Below are positions 37,244 through 42,260 of a stretch of DNA of 42,260 nucleotides, piece after piece. The stretch's first letter is position 1. The number at the start of each line of letters is the position of its first letter. The stretch comes from an uncultured Nitrososphaerota archaeon (GTDB taxonomy: Archaea > Asgardarchaeota > Njordarchaeia > Njordarchaeales > Panguiarchaeaceae), in assembly GCA_964636085.1 (NCBI GenBank), contig CAZWPQ010000003.1, positions 67,916-110,175 of the forward strand. Reading direction: 5' to 3'. The notes under the pieces are model-generated. The model did no database searches, was not told where the DNA came from, and worked only from the letters and a program-made list of their open reading frames with translations. The position numbers and the translations under genes are program-made.

Positions 37244-38365
37244 TTAAGCTCTATGTCTTCCCAATATTTTTCTCCAATCCTTAATAAGCCCTCGCCTGTC
37301 TCTAAAGACTATGTGAATAATCTCGCCGCATTTTGGACAGAAAGGCTCTTCTATCAATAGTTCTACGCTATATCCCACTCGACTTATGAGGATTTGGCCG
37401 CAATATGGGCAATATGTATTCTCCCAAGGATGGGAAGGCCAAACATTACCAACATAGACATAGTATAATCCCTCTTTTTTCCCGATCATATATGCATTCT
37501 CCACCATACTGGTGGGTGTTTGTGTTGGTAATCCCTTCTCTAAGGCCTTATATGCTGCAAAATATCTGGTTACATGCCATGGAGTTTCGGGCCCCAAATC
37601 TTGCTTTATTCTTCTTGCAATGCTTCTCAGACATTCAGGACTATCGTTTACTGTAGGAATAATCAATGTTGTTATTTCGACATGCACTCCCAGTTCTTTA
37701 AAAAGCTTTGCGTTCCTCCAAACTATTTCGACGTCTGCCCCGACCCATCGATCAATGCTTCCTCTACAGCCTTTAATATCTATATTTACGGCGTCTAACC
37801 CATTTTTTACGAGCAGTCTGAGGGATTCGGGGGTCATATAGCCATTGGTAACGTATGTATTAAAGAAACCATTTTTCTTTGCTAAGGGTATAACATCTAA
37901 GGAGTATTCAAAAAGTGTTACTAGGGGCTCATTAAAAGAAAAGCTTGTGCCTGAGCTATTATACTTTCTCATTTTATCGATGAATTTTTGGGGAGATAGA
38001 TAATAGCAGGACTTGGCTTTGGTCTTGGATATCTCATAGTTCTGGCACCAGGGACATGTGAAGTTACAGCCCCAACTGCCAATGGTTAATGCGTATTCGT
38101 TGGGTCGAAAGTTAAAGAACGGCTTTTTCGCCATTGGGTTGTTCGACATGGATGATATATTCCCATATGTGATTACATATAGTTCACCACCATAGTTGTA
38201 TCGTGCGCCACAAAAGCCTCTGTGCCCCTCAGGAATAATGCATCTCCTTTCACACACATTACACTGGACTTTATGGCCGGGAAGTTCTTCCCATAGTAAC
38301 GCTGGTCTTGAGCAAGGTGTATCGAGAAGCTTCTTAGCGATTATATCCTCTGTCATTCTCATCAT
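37244..38365 (-). CDS. amrS: AmmeMemoRadiSam-system radical SAM enzyme
   Basis: VQCNVCERRC..GFCGAR, KKPFFNF, GCNFTCPWCQNYEIS, EITTLIIP, PWHVTR, YVYVGN and NTYCPYCG. Confidence 0.88.
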   Translation of the reverse strand: MMRMTEDIIAKKLLDTPCSRPALLWEELPGHKVQCNVCERRCIIPEGHRGFCGARYNYGGELYVITYGNISSMSNNPMAKKPFFNFRPNEYALTIGSWGCNFTCPWCQNYEISKTKAKSCYYLSPQKFIDKMRKYNSSGTSFSFNEPLVTLFEYSLDVIPLAKKNGFFNTYVTNGYMTPESLRLLVKNGLDAVNIDIKGCRGSIDRWVGADVEIVWRNAKLFKELGVHVEITTLIIPTVNDSPECLRSIARRIKQDLGPETPWHVTRYFAAYKALEKGLPTQTPTSMVENAYMIGKKEGLYYVYVGNVWPSHPWENTYCPYCGQILISRVGYSVELLIEEPFCPKCGEIIHIVFRDRRGLIKDWRKILGRHRA

Positions 38366-38407
38366 GGTTAAATATTTAAAAGCAACATTAAATCACCACA
38401 CAAAAGG

Positions 38408-39487
38408 TCAAAATGTGTATTCTGATGATATGCGGTCTAGGATATTTAGGAGTAGTCCAAGGATGCTTTTTAAGTCAAATTTCTTATGAGGGAAATATAG
38501 AAATACATATTTTTCGCTTCCGCTACAGTCAATTCCGAATCTCTTGAAAAATCTACATAATTTATTTAGATTTAGGGATGGATCTAGTGTTGTTACCCTT
38601 ACAAGAAAACCCCTTGTAGTTATGCCGACACTAAAGGCCACAGTATTTTCGGTCTCTAGGGCATAAATAGCCTCTTCGATACCCGTTCTTTTTTTCAGGT
38701 TTCCATAGTCATATATTATGTAGGCTATCTTGTTTCTTATTTTACTCCTGTTATAAAGTTTTCTAACTACTGGGGAAACCTCCTTTTCATATCTCTGAAC
38801 CTCCAATTCTATCCAGTTATATATGGCGTCCCAATTATCTAGTATTATAGCTAGGGGGAGGAAGCCATATATGAAGTTCGATTGGAGTTGTTCCGTTAGG
38901 AAATCAATAATATTGCCAGCAGGCATGTTATCGACATGTAATTTTTCCAACAATTGATTCTTGATTGCTTCATCTGGCATATTTCTGCTAATCAGGAAGG
39001 CCCTAGTTATATTTTTTGCTTGGTCTATGATATAATTCTTGAAGTCAGCCTCATCTACCGCGCGTATAAGATCGCTAGGTGCAGCTAATTTTTCACCAAA
39101 TATGTAATTAATCAGACCAGCAACGGATACATTTATCTGATACTTTCTAGTCAATACGACACGATCATCATTGTATAAAACAAGCCTAGGATCGTCTGGA
39201 TGATGATCTATTAGTAGATTATTACCCCTCAGTATGACCCCTCTATTAGGCCCTAGCTCTATCAATATCTTATTGGATATTGTCTGGCCCCTTATCTCCC
39301 TTGCCCTTGGAAAATAAAGAGAACCATTTAAAATATCGCTCCTACCCAGCGCCAATAATGCCCTAATCAGTAGACCAGTAGCGAAAACAGCATCAAGATC
39401 CCCATCGCTTACTACCTGAAATTGGTTTGTCTTTATGAACCTTAATATGATATCTGACACTATAAACACCCCACTATAATAGCTCAA
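38408..39487 (-). CDS. Divergent DHH-family phosphoesterase-like protein
   Basis: DGDLDA (motif I-like), LLIDHH and AVDEAD. Confidence 0.6.
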   Translation of the reverse strand: MSYYSGVFIVSDIILRFIKTNQFQVVSDGDLDAVFATGLLIRALLALGRSDILNGSLYFPRAREIRGQTISNKILIELGPNRGVILRGNNLLIDHHPDDPRLVLYNDDRVVLTRKYQINVSVAGLINYIFGEKLAAPSDLIRAVDEADFKNYIIDQAKNITRAFLISRNMPDEAIKNQLLEKLHVDNMPAGNIIDFLTEQLQSNFIYGFLPLAIILDNWDAIYNWIELEVQRYEKEVSPVVRKLYNRSKIRNKIAYIIYDYGNLKKRTGIEEAIYALETENTVAFSVGITTRGFLVRVTTLDPSLNLNKLCRFFKRFGIDCSGSEKYVFLYFPHKKFDLKSILGLLLNILDRISSEYTF

Positions 39488-39535
39488 TAACGATAAAATG
39501 TACTAGGAATAAACAATAACCTGTGGGGACCACGG

Positions 39536-42260
39536 ATGAGGATATCCATGATCGCGATTCTAATTGTAATAATTGTATCAAATATTTATGCCTTCCAAGC
39601 AATATCTCCCGTCAAATACTATGGAGACATCAAAAAAGAAAGATTGAAAGGAGAGTATCAAGATGGTGTAGCCATAGTAAATGATGATGCTTCAAGTTAT
39701 AAAAAGGGAAATAATCATGATGTGTCTTATACCCCAATGGGCGATATGAATAGGATACCAAGGATATTCATACATGATGGGAATCTGAATCCCCTCAAGG
39801 TAAAGTACTTGTCGACAAAAAACAAAAATACAAGAAAGTGGACATTTATGGTTTATCTCGACGCAGACAATAATTTGGAGGATGCTGGAATCGGTGATTT
39901 CCTGGAAATGGCTTCAGTTGGATCCACAGATGACATAGCGATACTGGTTCTGTTCGATAGAATACCAGGATATACTGATATTTATGGGGATTGGAGCGAT
40001 ACTAGGGTCTTTTTTGTAACATATGGTGGGACTCCATATCCCGGCCAAGAACTTGATGTGTGGGAAGAAACCAATATGGGAGATCCCCAGACTCTCGTTG
40101 ATTTTGTATCTTTCTCAATATCCAATTATCCCGCGGAACATTATGCTTTGATACTATGGGATCATGGAGGAGGGCTAAGTGGTGTATGTTGGGATGATAC
40201 TAATGGGGATAATCTAAATATTCACGAGATCAGGAATGCCTTAGAGTTGGTATATCAGGAACTCGGATGCAAGATAGATATAATGGGTTTCGACGCCTGC
40301 CTCATGGGTATGATGGAAATAGCATATCAGCTTAGGGACTATGTAGACTACGTTGTTTTCTCCCAAGAGGTAGAGCCAGGAGACGGCTGGCCGTATGATG
40401 ATATTCTCTCAGAACTGGTAGCAAACCCAGATATGCAGCCCTACGAATTGTCAATATTAATGGCAGAGAAATACGTGGCTTCGTACAATGGAGGGAGTCA
40501 GGGATACTATAGTGGCGCCACGCAGTCGGCTATTAATGTTAGTTGTCTTACAACGGTTGTTTTTAGAAAATTGGATAGGCTAGTAGGAGAGTTACTTAGA
40601 AATTATCAGAATTACTCAAGTCAAATAGCTGAGGCAGTGCGCTACGCAGAAAGCTTTTACTATACACACGAAAAAGATATTGTTCATTTTCTTGAGCTCC
40701 TAAGAGAGAAGATAACCGAACCAAGCATACAGCAACTAATAAATTCGACAATACTGGCGGTTGAAAGGGCAATTTTATATGGAGGACACTTAGGGGGGCA
40801 TCCTAATGCTTATGGATTATCCGCTTATTTTCCGATAGTATATTCGACGGAATATGAGTATGTTCTAATGTCTAGACATCATCAATGGGACGAATTTGCT
40901 AGAAAAATTGGTCGTTTAGATCCCGCACTATGGTTCTACGATATTAACGTTGTGGGGATAGATAAGGATCACAATGGTATGTACGAAGTATGCCGTGTTC
41001 TCGTCGATATTGATACATCCAACCCCAAAAATATAAGTGTAGTTGTGTATGGAATGTACGATGGGAGAGAATACATACTGGGGGCCTCAAGACACCATAC
41101 GATCGATGGTTATGGATCATCTGATATAATTTCTATTCCCCTTCTAAATGTTTCCAATGTCGGAGCATATGCTCTAAGATTTGAAGTCCTGGACGAGGAT
41201 GGTAGGCTTCTAGATGATTTGTATTACTATTGTGATGATGATGTTAGTAATGTTCCGTTGGAAATACCGCCAATAGCTAGGATAATCTATCCTACAAATA
41301 ATACATATATAAGTGTCCCCAATGTTACTATAATATGGGTCTACAATGGTAGCACCAATCTGGATCACTTTGAAGTCTATTGGAGTGGCTCATGGATAAA
41401 TGTGGGGAATAGTACGGAATTTATTTTAACAAATCTAAATGAGGGATTATACATTTTCTTGGTACGTACATATGATACCGTGGGAAATATCATGAATTCC
41501 ACACTCAAATTCTATGTCGACTATACTCCACCCCAAATCTCCATAACTTCTCCATCCAACGATTCAATAGTAAAGTCTAGACAATTCAGAGTTAGATGGA
41601 TCGGCCAAGATAACATGGCTATAGATCACTACGAAATAAATATTGATAACCAGGGATGGATAGATATCGGGGCGGTCAAGTCATATAGAGTATCGCTCCA
41701 AGATGGATCTCATGAAATAGTCGTTAGAATATATGACAGGGCCGGATTTTATACAGACTCGGTAACATCGTTCATTGTAGATTCGACTCCCCCCATGGTT
41801 GAAATCCTGCAGCCTTCAAATAACTCATTGTTACCATCAACAGTGAATCTAGTATGGGGGGTCCATGAAAATGCAACGAGTATCGTTAGGCTGGAGCTCC
41901 ACATCAATAATACCCTACGATACATATACGTGGAGCAAAATATGACAGATTCATGTATATTAGGGGGGCTATCCATAGGAAAAACATACGAAATAGAGCT
42001 AATTGCCATTGATCTGGCTGGCTGGCAGGGATTCGACAGAATTGTTATACATATAACAGATCTACAAGTAACAATAGAATCGCCACTAAATGGGTCGGTT
42101 CACAATGAATCATGTATTTTAATACAATGGCATTGTGCTAGGACATATGCAAACTGTATGCTATATATCAATGATTCTCCAATAGAACAATTCAGGGGTT
42201 CATATGGTTCATATAATCTATCCCTAATAGACCAGGGAACCTACAACATAAAAGTGGTCG
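39536..42260 (+). CDS. Secreted clostripain-family (C11) cysteine peptidase with C-terminal Ig/Fn3-like repeats; runs off the window
   Basis: Not in the ORF track because it has no stop in the window. Signal peptide MRISMIAILIVIIVS; WTFMVYLDADNNLE, NMGDP.TL, YPAEHYALILWDHGGG, GFDACLMG and SQEVEPGDGWPY; repeated DxTPP.I.I.SP.N modules. Confidence 0.92.
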   Translation, partial: MRISMIAILIVIIVSNIYAFQAISPVKYYGDIKKERLKGEYQDGVAIVNDDASSYKKGNNHDVSYTPMGDMNRIPRIFIHDGNLNPLKVKYLSTKNKNTRKWTFMVYLDADNNLEDAGIGDFLEMASVGSTDDIAILVLFDRIPGYTDIYGDWSDTRVFFVTYGGTPYPGQELDVWEETNMGDPQTLVDFVSFSISNYPAEHYALILWDHGGGLSGVCWDDTNGDNLNIHEIRNALELVYQELGCKIDIMGFDACLMGMMEIAYQLRDYVDYVVFSQEVEPGDGWPYDDILSELVANPDMQPYELSILMAEKYVASYNGGSQGYYSGATQSAINVSCLTTVVFRKLDRLVGELLRNYQNYSSQIAEAVRYAESFYYTHEKDIVHFLELLREKITEPSIQQLINSTILAVERAILYGGHLGGHPNAYGLSAYFPIVYSTEYEYVLMSRHHQWDEFARKIGRLDPALWFYDINVVGIDKDHNGMYEVCRVLVDIDTSNPKNISVVVYGMYDGREYILGASRHHTIDGYGSSDIISIPLLNVSNVGAYALRFEVLDEDGRLLDDLYYYCDDDVSNVPLEIPPIARIIYPTNNTYISVPNVTIIWVYNGSTNLDHFEVYWSGSWINVGNSTEFILTNLNEGLYIFLVRTYDTVGNIMNSTLKFYVDYTPPQISITSPSNDSIVKSRQFRVRWIGQDNMAIDHYEINIDNQGWIDIGAVKSYRVSLQDGSHEIVVRIYDRAGFYTDSVTSFIVDSTPPMVEILQPSNNSLLPSTVNLVWGVHENATSIVRLELHINNTLRYIYVEQNMTDSCILGGLSIGKTYEIELIAIDLAGWQGFDRIVIHITDLQVTIESPLNGSVHNESCILIQWHCARTYANCMLYINDSPIEQFRGSYGSYNLSLIDQGTYNIKVV

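Overview
Gene-dense, AT-rich archaeal chromosome segment. Archaeal markers include the archaeal-type ribB/ribC pair, Taw1, GGTGA/GGAG-type RBSs and TATA/BRE promoters. A Rab-like GTPase and ESCRT/Vps4 genes suggest an Asgard-type archaeon (inference). Housekeeping content: two NDP-sugar epimerases, ferredoxin, ribB-ribC, a TPR protein, an ASCH protein, four radical SAM enzymes, phoU, hutH, feoAB, deoC, an amidohydrolase, a DHH-like protein, and a large secreted clostripain-family protease missing from the ORF track. The standout region is 20.7-34.6 kb. (i) A tightly coupled 10-gene operon encodes one or two ESCRT-III-like proteins, a MIT-AAA Vps4/CdvC, a SNAP/TPR-like protein, a polytopic membrane protein, a Zn-ribbon/FG-GAP protein, an SPFH-like protein, a tandem winged-helix protein and two paralogues of an unrecognised 'WW-x2-QG' family. 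(ii) One gene further on (deoC), a separately promoted four-gene operon reads as a divergent ubiquitin-like conjugation system: Ubl with a C-terminal Gly plus short tail, E2-like, JAB/JAMM peptidase and E1. Once extended upstream of the called start, the E1 appears to carry a degenerate adenylation domain fused to an active one, as in eukaryotic UBA1. No tRNA, rRNA, CRISPR array or mobile element was recognised. All homology calls are by eye from motifs and need HMM or structure confirmation.
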